Part shown: in pieces, positions 9,802 to 18,469 of the stretch
How the letters are laid out: each line of letters begins with the position of its first letter
Numbering within the stretch: the stretch's first letter is position 1
Assembly (NCBI GenBank): GCA_038042445.1
Contig: JBBTED010000067.1
Span: forward strand, 15,309 to 79,308
Length of the DNA stretch: 64,000 nucleotides
Direction of reading: 5' to 3'
DNA from: Candidatus Firestoneibacteriota bacterium
Lineage (GTDB): Bacteria > Oederibacteriota > D2-FULL-39-29 > JBBTED01
Notes under the pieces: model-generated
Seen by the model: only the letters and a program-made list of their open reading frames with translations
The model's database searches: none
Told to the model about the DNA's origin: nothing
Position numbers and translations under genes: made by a program

Positions 9802-10038
9802 ATGGAAATAGAAATTAGTGATAATTTTGGAGTAAATGGTGGACTGCATTATGGAACACCTGTAAATGTTGTAAGAGAACTTAAAGCAATATGGAATATT
9901 ACAGCACGAGTATCTGAAGAGATAAGGAATAAAAGTGTTGATGATTGGGCAAAAGATATAAGGGAACATATGCCGTTTTTAAATTGTTGGTATGAAAAAT
10001 TATTAAAAGAGAAAAACATCCTTTTTCAAATGAATTAA
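9802..10038 (+). CDS. Hypothetical protein
   Basis: RBS AGGAG; 78 aa. Confidence 0.5.
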   Translation: MEIEISDNFGVNGGLHYGTPVNVVRELKAIWNITARVSEEIRNKSVDDWAKDIREHMPFLNCWYEKLLKEKNILFQMN

Positions 10039-10199
10039 TGACTATTTTTGCACTTGCTTATGGCGAGCCAAACTATCAATGGGTAAGTATTCAGAATATT
10101 ATATGGGATGATGGTTCCACTACTACAAGGGATGATTTACTTAGAATGCAATTGGATGAAGAAAAATTCAATAATTTACAGAGATTAGGTTTAATATAG
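10038..10199 (+). CDS. Hypothetical 53-aa protein (or frameshifted C-terminus of previous ORF)
   Basis: TAATG overlap; MTIFALAYGEPNYQWVSIQ...LGLI. Confidence 0.4.
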   Translation: MTIFALAYGEPNYQWVSIQNIIWDDGSTTTRDDLLRMQLDEEKFNNLQRLGLI

Positions 10200-10225
10200 T
10201 TTTGAAATTTAAAAAGAATAAAGAA

Positions 10226-10789
10226 ATGGATAATTTAAAAGATATTTATATTAGTTATTTCAATCAGATGAGAGATGGTGAATCAAATATTTTCAAATTT
10301 CTCACTACACTTTTTACTGCTATTGGAGGATTTTATATTGTTGTTAAAAATAATGTTGTTGAAAATAATTTAGATTGGTTATTGTTTTCAGCAATTGGAT
10401 CTACTATTGTACTTATATGGGGAATTCTTTATGTTTTATCAATAGGTTATACGCATAGATATTTGCAGGTAATAATGTGGTATTATGAAAATAAATTAAA
10501 ATTACCCAATTTCAAATCTTGGGATCCAAAAAAATTTAAAAAGTTGAAAGTATGCCAAAGCTTATTATTAGAACCTACTCCGGGAATTTATAAAATCCAT
10601 CTTATAGGATTTATTATGGGAATTATGTTAGTTTGGTATTGGTACGGATTTTTAAAAAATAACAACCATATTGGTTGTGTGATTATACTATTTCTTATTG
10701 TGTGGTTGCTTACTGCTTGTTTAAATTATTACTATATGAACAAACTAAAAAAAATAATTGAAAAAGGAATTAATAATGATAAAACTTAA
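10226..10789 (+). CDS. Hypothetical 4-TM membrane protein
   Basis: Four hydrophobic segments; overlaps next gene. Confidence 0.6.
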   Translation: MDNLKDIYISYFNQMRDGESNIFKFLTTLFTAIGGFYIVVKNNVVENNLDWLLFSAIGSTIVLIWGILYVLSIGYTHRYLQVIMWYYENKLKLPNFKSWDPKKFKKLKVCQSLLLEPTPGIYKIHLIGFIMGIMLVWYWYGFLKNNNHIGCVIILFLIVWLLTACLNYYYMNKLKKIIEKGINNDKT

Positions 10790-13481
10790 TAAATTTTTTA
10801 AAATTATTTTTATAGTAATAGTTTATAGTATAATTAACGATTTTACATATACTTATGCTGTAACTTATACATTAGACAGCACAGGAAATGTTGGAGGGTA
10901 TAACTCTATAGCCATAGACAGTAATAACAAAGTTCATATTGGTTATTATGATGTTACAAATGGAGATTTAAAATACGCAACGAATATATCTGGTTCATGG
11001 GTAACATCTACTTTGGATAGTTCAGGAACTGTTGGATGGTGGAGCTCTATAGCCATAGACAGTAATAACAAAGTTCATATTGGTTATTATGATGCTACAA
11101 ATGGAGATTTAAAATACGCAACGAATATATCTGGTTCTTGGGTAACATCTACTTTGGATAGTTCAGGAACTGTTGGATGGTATAACTCTATAGCCATAGA
11201 CAGTAATAACAAAGTTCATATTAGTTATATGGATTATACAAATGCAGATTTAAAATACGCAACAAATACATCTGGTTCTTGGGTATATACAACATTAGAT
11301 GATATTGGAAGTAGTTTAGATGGTTCTCAAAACCGTACTTCAATCACAATAGATAGTAATAATAAAGTCCATATTAGTTATGCTATGGGTTTTGGTGGTA
11401 ATTTAAAATATGCAACAAATACATCAGGTAGTTGGGTGTGTATATCATTAGGTATAGGATTTACTTCTTCAATAGCCATAGACAATAATAATAAAGTTTA
11501 TATAAGTTATAATGGGACAGATTTAAGATATGGTACAAACGCATCTGGTAGTTGGGTGACATCAACATTAGATAGTGCGTTCTCAAATTCTTTCATAGCG
11601 ATAGATAACAATAACAAGATTCATATAAGTTGTTTTGATAGTACAAATGCAGATTTAAAATATGTTACAAATGCTGGTAATACAGCACCAACATTATCAT
11701 GGACAGGCGAGGCAAATTATACTTCAGATGGAATAAATCCAGAAATAGGAAACACAAGTTCAACATTTATATACAGGATTAAATATACCGATACTGATAA
11801 TGATGCACCGGCGAGTGGGTATCCAAAGGTGCATATTAAGAAAGCAGGAGTTGAAATAAGCGGTAGTCCATTTACAATGAGTTATGTAAGTGGAAGTTAT
11901 AGCACAGGAGCAATTTATACATATTCTAAAACATTAAGTTCTTTGGGAACTGACTACACATATTATTTTGAAGCGCAGGATGTGTGGAATGAAGTAGCAA
12001 CAGGCACGCCAACAATCGCTGTTGATTCTCCTGATGTCAATAATGCTCCTGCATTATCTTGGACCGGTGAGACAAATTATGTATCTGACGGGTTAGATCC
12101 GCATACAGGAAATACAGCAATAACATTTACATACAGAGTGAAGTATACGGATGCTGATGCTTTAGCAAGTGGATATCCAAAAGTTCATATTAAAAAAGCA
12201 GGAAGTGAAATATCTGGTAGTCCATTCACAATGACTTATGTAAGTGGAACATATTCAGGCGGAGCGATTTACACTTATTCTAAAATACTTTCTACCGTTG
12301 GAATTGACTATACATATTATTTTGAGGCACAGGATGTATATAACGAAGTAGCAACTGGAATACCAACAACATCAGTAGATGCTCCTGATGTTTCTGCTAT
12401 TCCTCTTATTTCTCCAAATACAGCACCCATTTTTTCCTGGACAGGTGAAACAAATTATACGGCTAATGGGATTTATCCTACTTTAGGAAATGCGAGTACT
12501 ACTTTTGTTTTTAGGGTGAAATATACGGATGCAGATAATGATGCTCCTGCATCAGGATATCCTAAATTGTATATTAAAAAAGGTGGTGTAGAAATTTCTG
12601 GTAGTCCGTTTGCTATGGTGACAGTAGATAGTAGTTTGTATTCAGCAGGTCCAATTTATACTTATTCTACGGTTTTAACTAAATCAGGTGCTGATTATAC
12701 TTATTATTTTGAGGCGAAAGATGTATTAAATGGTCTTGCAACAGGAATACCTACAAATCCTTTTGATGCACCTGATGTTAATGTAATTCAGGCAAATCAA
12801 GATACCAATATAGTAAGTGAAGACGGAACCAGTATTGATATTCCAAAGGATACACTAAATCCAGGAGTTGCAATTAACATCACTATTCCTTCTGTTATTC
12901 CTGAAGGAGAAGTCCAAAATGCAGGATATTCAGTTAAGCAGACAAATATAACAAGAGAAATAACTACATCAGATGGGAGTAAAAATTTTAATAAGGAAAT
13001 AAAAATATCTATTCCATTTAAAGATTCTGATGTTGCTGGAATAAATAAACAAAACCTGAAATTATTCTATTATTCTGAAGAAAGGAAAATGTGGATTTTA
13101 ATTCCATCTGCTGTAGTTGATACTAATAAAAATACAATTTCTATATTAGTTACACATTTGACAATTTTTAGGATAATGGCACTTGAGCCAACATCAGCAG
13201 TATTAGTTTTATATAACAATTTGTTTGACCCTGCAAATAATGAAAAATTATATGTTCGTTATGATATTGTGCAAGAAGTAGATGTTACAGTTACTGTGTA
13301 TAGCATCAAGGGGCAAAAGATAAAAGAATTATTTAATGGTAGAAAAACTGCTGGTAGTTACACTGATTTAACCTGGGATGGCAAGAATGAAGATGGAGAG
13401 GTTGTAGCAAGTGGTATTTATGTTGTGTATATTTCTGCAGGGGATTTTAGAGATAAGAAAAAAGTGGTGGTGGTGAAATGA
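10776..13481 (+). CDS. Secreted repeat protein: beta-propeller repeats, three Ig-like repeats, C-terminal FlgD-Ig/T9SS-like sorting domain
   Basis: Signal peptide; 6x SIAIDxNNKVHI..DLKYATN.SGSW; 3x APxLSWTGExNY; WDGKNEDGEVVASGIY...KKKVVVVK tail. Confidence 0.85.
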   Translation: MIKLNKFFKIIFIVIVYSIINDFTYTYAVTYTLDSTGNVGGYNSIAIDSNNKVHIGYYDVTNGDLKYATNISGSWVTSTLDSSGTVGWWSSIAIDSNNKVHIGYYDATNGDLKYATNISGSWVTSTLDSSGTVGWYNSIAIDSNNKVHISYMDYTNADLKYATNTSGSWVYTTLDDIGSSLDGSQNRTSITIDSNNKVHISYAMGFGGNLKYATNTSGSWVCISLGIGFTSSIAIDNNNKVYISYNGTDLRYGTNASGSWVTSTLDSAFSNSFIAIDNNNKIHISCFDSTNADLKYVTNAGNTAPTLSWTGEANYTSDGINPEIGNTSSTFIYRIKYTDTDNDAPASGYPKVHIKKAGVEISGSPFTMSYVSGSYSTGAIYTYSKTLSSLGTDYTYYFEAQDVWNEVATGTPTIAVDSPDVNNAPALSWTGETNYVSDGLDPHTGNTAITFTYRVKYTDADALASGYPKVHIKKAGSEISGSPFTMTYVSGTYSGGAIYTYSKILSTVGIDYTYYFEAQDVYNEVATGIPTTSVDAPDVSAIPLISPNTAPIFSWTGETNYTANGIYPTLGNASTTFVFRVKYTDADNDAPASGYPKLYIKKGGVEISGSPFAMVTVDSSLYSAGPIYTYSTVLTKSGADYTYYFEAKDVLNGLATGIPTNPFDAPDVNVIQANQDTNIVSEDGTSIDIPKDTLNPGVAINITIPSVIPEGEVQNAGYSVKQTNITREITTSDGSKNFNKEIKISIPFKDSDVAGINKQNLKLFYYSEERKMWILIPSAVVDTNKNTISILVTHLTIFRIMALEPTSAVLVLYNNLFDPANNEKLYVRYDIVQEVDVTVTVYSIKGQKIKELFNGRKTAGSYTDLTWDGKNEDGEVVASGIYVVYISAGDFRDKKKVVVVK
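10904..11285 (+). repeat. 141-bp coding tandem repeat (about 2.7 near-identical units)
   Basis: Unit starts CTCTATAGCCATAGACAG at 10904, 11045, 11186. Confidence 0.9.
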
Positions 13482-16447
13482 GAGAAAAATGGATTCCCGC
13501 TTTCGCGGGAATGACAGAATGTAGTGGAAATTCTCGCAGGCTAAAGCCTGCGGCTACAACTACATTGTTTGTAATGATGATTTTTATTTTGCCTGTTTTG
13601 TGTAATGCAGGGGTGGGAACAACTGGGGGTGTGTTTCTTGAGGATTCTGTAGGTGCAAGACCTTATGGTATGGGTTCTGCATTTTCTGCTATTGCTGATG
13701 ATGCAAATAGTATCTATTCAAATCCTGCTGGTTTTCATTATCTTGCCTATCCTGAAATAACAACAATGTATAATAAAGCATTGATGGATACTTCATTAAG
13801 TTATATTGGGTATATTCATCCTTATGAAAATATCGGAACTTTTTCCGGGTCATTTTTATTATTTGATGGTGGAGATATAGAGCTGAATTATTTAGATAGC
13901 ACAAGTGAAAAAGTGAAGGCAGGCCAGGATTGGGCCGTAACTTTAGGATATGGCAGATCTATAGGGAATTCAGAAATATTTTTTGGTGGGGCTAATATAA
14001 AATTGGTACGTAGCACATTGGTAAATAAATATTCTGCAATAGCAATAGCGATGGATGCAGGATTGTTGTATCGCACAATTGATAATAAGCTTTCAATTAG
14101 TTTAGCATTTCAAAATTTAGGTACGAAGTTGAAATATAAAAATATAGGTGATTCTCTTCCTTTTACTTCTAAATTTGGAGTTGCCTATAGAATTTTAGAG
14201 CTTGAAGGACATTCAGTATTACTTGCAGGAGATTTTTCTCTTAATTTTGTAAAGAAAAATATTGGAGTTGAATATTGGGTAATGCAAATGTTCGCATTAA
14301 GACTTGGTGCAAAATTGGGATATAATCCAAATAGCTATACTATGGGTTTCGGGATAAATGTTTTTTCTGATACAAAATTGGATTATGGATATTCTCCAAT
14401 GATAGATGAAACAACGCATAGGATTTCGTTATCATTTAAGTTTGGTTCACAGGATAAAATTACACTTGCTGATAAATACGAAGAAAAAGGAATGTATGCA
14501 CGTGCGCAATATATCCGCAATCCAGATGATTATATGTACGCAAAGGCAAATACAATAAAAGAAAAAGATGGATTTATACCTATTATAACATCAATAGAGC
14601 CAAAGAAAGCAGGTCCGGGAACGGAAATTAAAATATTCGGAGAAAAATTTGGGAAATATAGCAATGTAACAATAGGAGATGTTTTTGCAGAGGTTATAAA
14701 ATCAGAAGAAAAAAGAATAATAGCGAAAGTGCCGAATATAAAAGCTGGAGAATCAGAAGTAGTTGTGCAGACAGACAAAGGGGTTTCACTTTCAAAAACA
14801 TTATCAGTGATGCCATCAAAACCAGCAATGCTTGAAGTTTCAGAAATAACATTTAAAGATGAGAATCAAGATAATATTTTGGGAGCAGAGGAAACCGGAA
14901 ACATAATAATAACAGTTAAAAATCAGAAGGGTGCTGGAGAGTCGTTTGGAGTGAAGGTTAAACCAGTGTGTACTTCAGCAAAGAATGATCTGTTTTTTGA
15001 TAATGAAATAAATATAGGAAATATTGGTTCTGGAGAAGAGAGAAAAGTTGAAATTCCAGTTAAAGCTGGATTAGATTTAACAACAGGCAAAGCGAGTTTT
15101 AAATTGAGTTTTACTGAAGCGAATGAATATAATCCAGATCCAGTGAACATAACATTTGATACACATAAATTAGAGCCGCCTGATATAGAATTAGCGAAAT
15201 TTGAGATAGACGATGGAATGTATCCATACAATCCGGAAAAATTAGCATCAGGAAATAACAATGGAATACTTGAACCCGGAGAACAAGTTGAAATAAACGC
15301 AGTTATTGTAAACAAGGGAACAGGTCCAACAAAGAATGGAGTTGTAAAAGTTATTTGTTCTGATCCTAAAATCAATATTTCAAGTTTAAGTCAGAGTTTA
15401 GAGTTTGATTTAGGTAGTATAGAGCCGGAAAAATGGAAAGAAATAAAGTTTGCGATAGAAGTTAAAAAACAATATAAGGGTGAACAGAATCTGCCTGTAA
15501 AACTACAGTTCAGTGAAGCAAGAAAAATGTTTAACAAGGATTTGGCAATGAACATAGGATTAGGCAGGGTGTATGCAAAAACACAAGATGTTGTTATAAA
15601 AGGAAAATCGTTTGATATTGCTATTCCAACAATTACTTCTTTCGGAGATGATTTAATTAACATACCTGCTTATGCAACAACAGAAAAGAAGAATGCTTAT
15701 GCAGTAGTGGTCGGAATAGAAAAATACAGGGATGTGGTGTCAGCGGAATATGCGGCAAAGGACGCACAGTCAATAAGAGATTATTTAATTAGCGCAATGA
15801 AATTTAAAGAAGAGAATATTAGATTTGCTCTAAACGAAAGAGCAAGCAGGAATGATTTAATCAGATATTTCAATGTGGAGTTAAAGAACAATGTTGAAAA
15901 GGATTCTTTGGTGTTTGTATATTATTCCGGGCATGGTGCCCCGGATGCAACAACAGGCGATACATACATCGTTCCTTATGACGGAGACCCGAATACAATA
16001 AAAGACAGCGGGTATTCGTTAAAGCAGTTGTATGAGGTATTAAGCAAACTACCAACTAATAAAATATTGGTTGTGATAGACGCGTGTTTCAGCGGTGCAG
16101 GCGGAACAAGAACGCTTTTAGCAAAAGGAGCAAGACCATTAGTAGTGAGTAAGGATACAGATACCGGGAATGCGATAGCAATCACAGCAACAGGAGCAGG
16201 ACAAATAAGCGGGACTTATGACGAGAAACAACACGGGTTATTTACATATTATTTTTTGAAAGGTATTCAGGGTGAAGCGGATATAAACAAAGACAAGGAA
16301 ATAATGTTAAGCGAGTTGTATGGATATTTAAAGCCAGAGGTTATAAGGAAAGCAAGAAAAGACAACAGGGACCAGGAACCGCAGATATTGCCATCAGTTA
16401 ATCAGATAGGTGAGTTTGAAAAATTACCATTAGCAATATTAAAATGA
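13478..16447 (+). CDS. PorV/PorQ-like beta-barrel fused to IPT/TIG and Ig-like domains and a C-terminal caspase-family (C14) peptidase
   Basis: GARPYGMGSAF..IADDA.SIY.NPAG; ITSIEPKKAGPGTEIKIFG; AVVVGIEKY, YYSGHG, IDACFSG, HGLFTYYFL. Confidence 0.85.
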   Translation: MREKWIPAFAGMTECSGNSRRLKPAATTTLFVMMIFILPVLCNAGVGTTGGVFLEDSVGARPYGMGSAFSAIADDANSIYSNPAGFHYLAYPEITTMYNKALMDTSLSYIGYIHPYENIGTFSGSFLLFDGGDIELNYLDSTSEKVKAGQDWAVTLGYGRSIGNSEIFFGGANIKLVRSTLVNKYSAIAIAMDAGLLYRTIDNKLSISLAFQNLGTKLKYKNIGDSLPFTSKFGVAYRILELEGHSVLLAGDFSLNFVKKNIGVEYWVMQMFALRLGAKLGYNPNSYTMGFGINVFSDTKLDYGYSPMIDETTHRISLSFKFGSQDKITLADKYEEKGMYARAQYIRNPDDYMYAKANTIKEKDGFIPIITSIEPKKAGPGTEIKIFGEKFGKYSNVTIGDVFAEVIKSEEKRIIAKVPNIKAGESEVVVQTDKGVSLSKTLSVMPSKPAMLEVSEITFKDENQDNILGAEETGNIIITVKNQKGAGESFGVKVKPVCTSAKNDLFFDNEINIGNIGSGEERKVEIPVKAGLDLTTGKASFKLSFTEANEYNPDPVNITFDTHKLEPPDIELAKFEIDDGMYPYNPEKLASGNNNGILEPGEQVEINAVIVNKGTGPTKNGVVKVICSDPKINISSLSQSLEFDLGSIEPEKWKEIKFAIEVKKQYKGEQNLPVKLQFSEARKMFNKDLAMNIGLGRVYAKTQDVVIKGKSFDIAIPTITSFGDDLINIPAYATTEKKNAYAVVVGIEKYRDVVSAEYAAKDAQSIRDYLISAMKFKEENIRFALNERASRNDLIRYFNVELKNNVEKDSLVFVYYSGHGAPDATTGDTYIVPYDGDPNTIKDSGYSLKQLYEVLSKLPTNKILVVIDACFSGAGGTRTLLAKGARPLVVSKDTDTGNAIAITATGAGQISGTYDEKQHGLFTYYFLKGIQGEADINKDKEIMLSELYGYLKPEVIRKARKDNRDQEPQILPSVNQIGEFEKLPLAILK

Positions 16448-17541
16448 GAAATAAAACGGTTTTGTCATTGCGAGTGAAACGAAGTAATCTTGGGATTTAT
16501 CTAGTATTTTTTCTTGTTGTTGTTTTTTGTGGGTGTGCTACGACACCAAAGTCAAAACCGGATTTAAAAGATAAATCCGATAAACTTTTTCAGGAACTTG
16601 GAAAAGAAGAAACTCCGGATATTCAACAGAATAAAGAAATGAAACAGATGGAAAAGGAGTTGGATAAAACGCCCAATAAATCAGACCAAACAGTAGAACA
16701 AGCGTCTCGCTTGTCAGAACAACAGCCATCAATGGTAGGACAGCCGTCTCGGCTGTCAGAAGAAATTTCTTTTGAAGAAACAGGTGAAGGGTTCGCGTCA
16801 AAATACGAACGGAGAATAGAAGCAGAAAAACGTGCAGAGGAGAATGCTTTATCAAAAGCGCTAAAGAAAATAGGCACAGATGTTTTTGACAGTTTCAGCG
16901 ATGCAATGGCTCAATCCGGAAAAACACAGTATCAGTTCGTTGCGAAATGTCTTTATATCGGCACAAGCGGATTAGTGTCTTATGAAAGAACTGGAGAGCC
17001 GATTTTTACAGAAGAGACAAATGGAACAAAGTGCGTTCTTAAAATAAAAGGCACGGTTTATTCAAAAGGTAAGCCAGACCCTTCTTATGGGGTTAAAATA
17101 GATAAGAATTCCGGGATGGATAAACTGATTTATAATTCCGGGGATGAAGTCCAACTAAAATTTTCTGTTACAAAGGATTCACATATAACTATTTTAAATA
17201 TTGATGAGGAAAAGAACGTTTATCTGATTTATCCAAATAAGTTTGTTAAGGGAAATATACTGAAAGCAGGAGAAAGTTTTGAAATACCGGGTAACTTGGG
17301 AATAAAAATGCAGGCAGTATTACAGGAAGGAAAGAGCGAAACAGTTGAATTACTATACATAATCGCAACAAAAACCAATTCGTTGTTTTTATCTGAGGAT
17401 AGCAAAGAGATTCTTTTATCAACAGATTACACATTGTTTTCAATCGGAGAATTTAAAAGGGCTATGGAACGGATTGGAAAACTTAATCGTGATGAGTGGA
17501 CAATGATTGTTTTGCCATATACGATAGTAAAAGGTAAATAG
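16444..17541 (+). CDS. Lipoprotein with C-terminal DUF4384-like domain
   Basis: Lipobox FCGC; Y..GDEVQLKF.V.KDS.I.ILNID....YLIYPN. Confidence 0.75.
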   Translation: MRNKTVLSLRVKRSNLGIYLVFFLVVVFCGCATTPKSKPDLKDKSDKLFQELGKEETPDIQQNKEMKQMEKELDKTPNKSDQTVEQASRLSEQQPSMVGQPSRLSEEISFEETGEGFASKYERRIEAEKRAEENALSKALKKIGTDVFDSFSDAMAQSGKTQYQFVAKCLYIGTSGLVSYERTGEPIFTEETNGTKCVLKIKGTVYSKGKPDPSYGVKIDKNSGMDKLIYNSGDEVQLKFSVTKDSHITILNIDEEKNVYLIYPNKFVKGNILKAGESFEIPGNLGIKMQAVLQEGKSETVELLYIIATKTNSLFLSEDSKEILLSTDYTLFSIGEFKRAMERIGKLNRDEWTMIVLPYTIVKGK

Positions 17542-17553
17542 TTTATAGAATAT

Positions 17554-17641
17554 GTTATGCTGAATTCATTTCAGCATCTGTAGGGGTGGATTTATCCGAC
17601 CAGATATTGTAGTTGTTTTGTAGTTGCCGACTTTGGTTGGC
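17554..17641. repeat. Cluster of three palindromic repeats
   Basis: GTTATGCTGAATTCATTTCAGCATCT; GTAGGGGTGGATTTATCCGACC; GTAGTTGCCGACTTTGGTTGGC. Confidence 0.65.
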
Positions 17642-17657
17642 AAAGGAGGAAAAGAAA

Positions 17658-18215
17658 ATGGGAAAAGGTAATGTAGTCGCTCAATTTATTGAGCATAAGG
17701 TAGTTGCAAAGATTGGTTTGCTGATTGTTTTAGCAGTATTTGTTATAGTTGGTTGTGCATCAATGAAACCAATGTGGGTGGATAAAGGAAGTGCTGCGTT
17801 TGAGAAAGGCAAAGAAAAGGTGTTTTATGGTGTTGGCACAGCGAGTGCTGAAATTAAAGACAAAGCATTAAGAATAGAAACAGCGGATAACAGAGCAAGA
17901 GCGAGTTTACAGAAGATATTTGACACATATACAGCGTATTTAATGAAGGATTATCAGGGACAGGACGGAGTAGTTGTTGAAAGGGCTGTAAAAACATTTG
18001 CTGCTGGGAATTTATCTGGAGTTGAAATAACAGACCATTTTACTGAAAGCGATGGCACAATATATTCTTTAGCGAAACTTGATTTAGAGACATTCAAGCA
18101 GGCAATGGAAATGGCAAAGGAAGTTAGTACTATAGCAAAGGAACATTTGCAAAAGAAAGCAGATGTTATGTTCTCTGAATTAGAAAAAGAAGAAGAAAAA
18201 AGAGGAGCAAAGTAA
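17658..18215 (+). CDS. LPP20-like lipoprotein
   Basis: RBS AGGAGG; lipobox IVGC; KPMWV, FYGVG.A, ADNRARA. Confidence 0.75.
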   Translation: MGKGNVVAQFIEHKVVAKIGLLIVLAVFVIVGCASMKPMWVDKGSAAFEKGKEKVFYGVGTASAEIKDKALRIETADNRARASLQKIFDTYTAYLMKDYQGQDGVVVERAVKTFAAGNLSGVEITDHFTESDGTIYSLAKLDLETFKQAMEMAKEVSTIAKEHLQKKADVMFSELEKEEEKRGAK

Positions 18216-18257
18216 ACAAAAATTTAACTACTGAATATTCCCAAATTCTTAACAAAA

Positions 18258-18285
18258 GTAGGGAACAGGATTATCTGTTCCCTAC
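18258..18285. repeat. GTAG...CTAC palindrome (REP-like, possible terminator)
   Basis: GTAGGGAACAGGATTATCTGTTCCCTAC. Confidence 0.7.
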
Positions 18286-18469
18286 AAACCAAAATGTAAC
18301 AAATCAGTATTCCGTCATTCACTGACCCATTGCAAGGTTGATTTGAATTGTATTTCACTTAAATTTTTTGTAATATGTTTTATAATATATGGTCTGGTGG
18401 AAAAAATATCAACTATAAGGGAAAGAATTATGCTGTGTCTTTAAAACATACAGCATAAGGGAAAAAATT

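Larger units (their letters stand above)
6602..18353. mobile_element. Genomic island at the prmC 3' end bounded by a 24-bp direct repeat
   Basis: TTGCAAGGATGATTTGAATTGTAT (6602-6625) vs TTGCAAGGTTGATTTGAATTGTAT (18330-18353); separates prmC from murA; accessory cargo; no integrase seen. Confidence 0.75.

Noticed and set aside
10904..11285. Possible CRISPR array or DGR template/variable repeat
   Set aside because: Contiguous in-frame coding units without spacers; differences are not adenine-specific; no cas or reverse transcriptase gene in the window.
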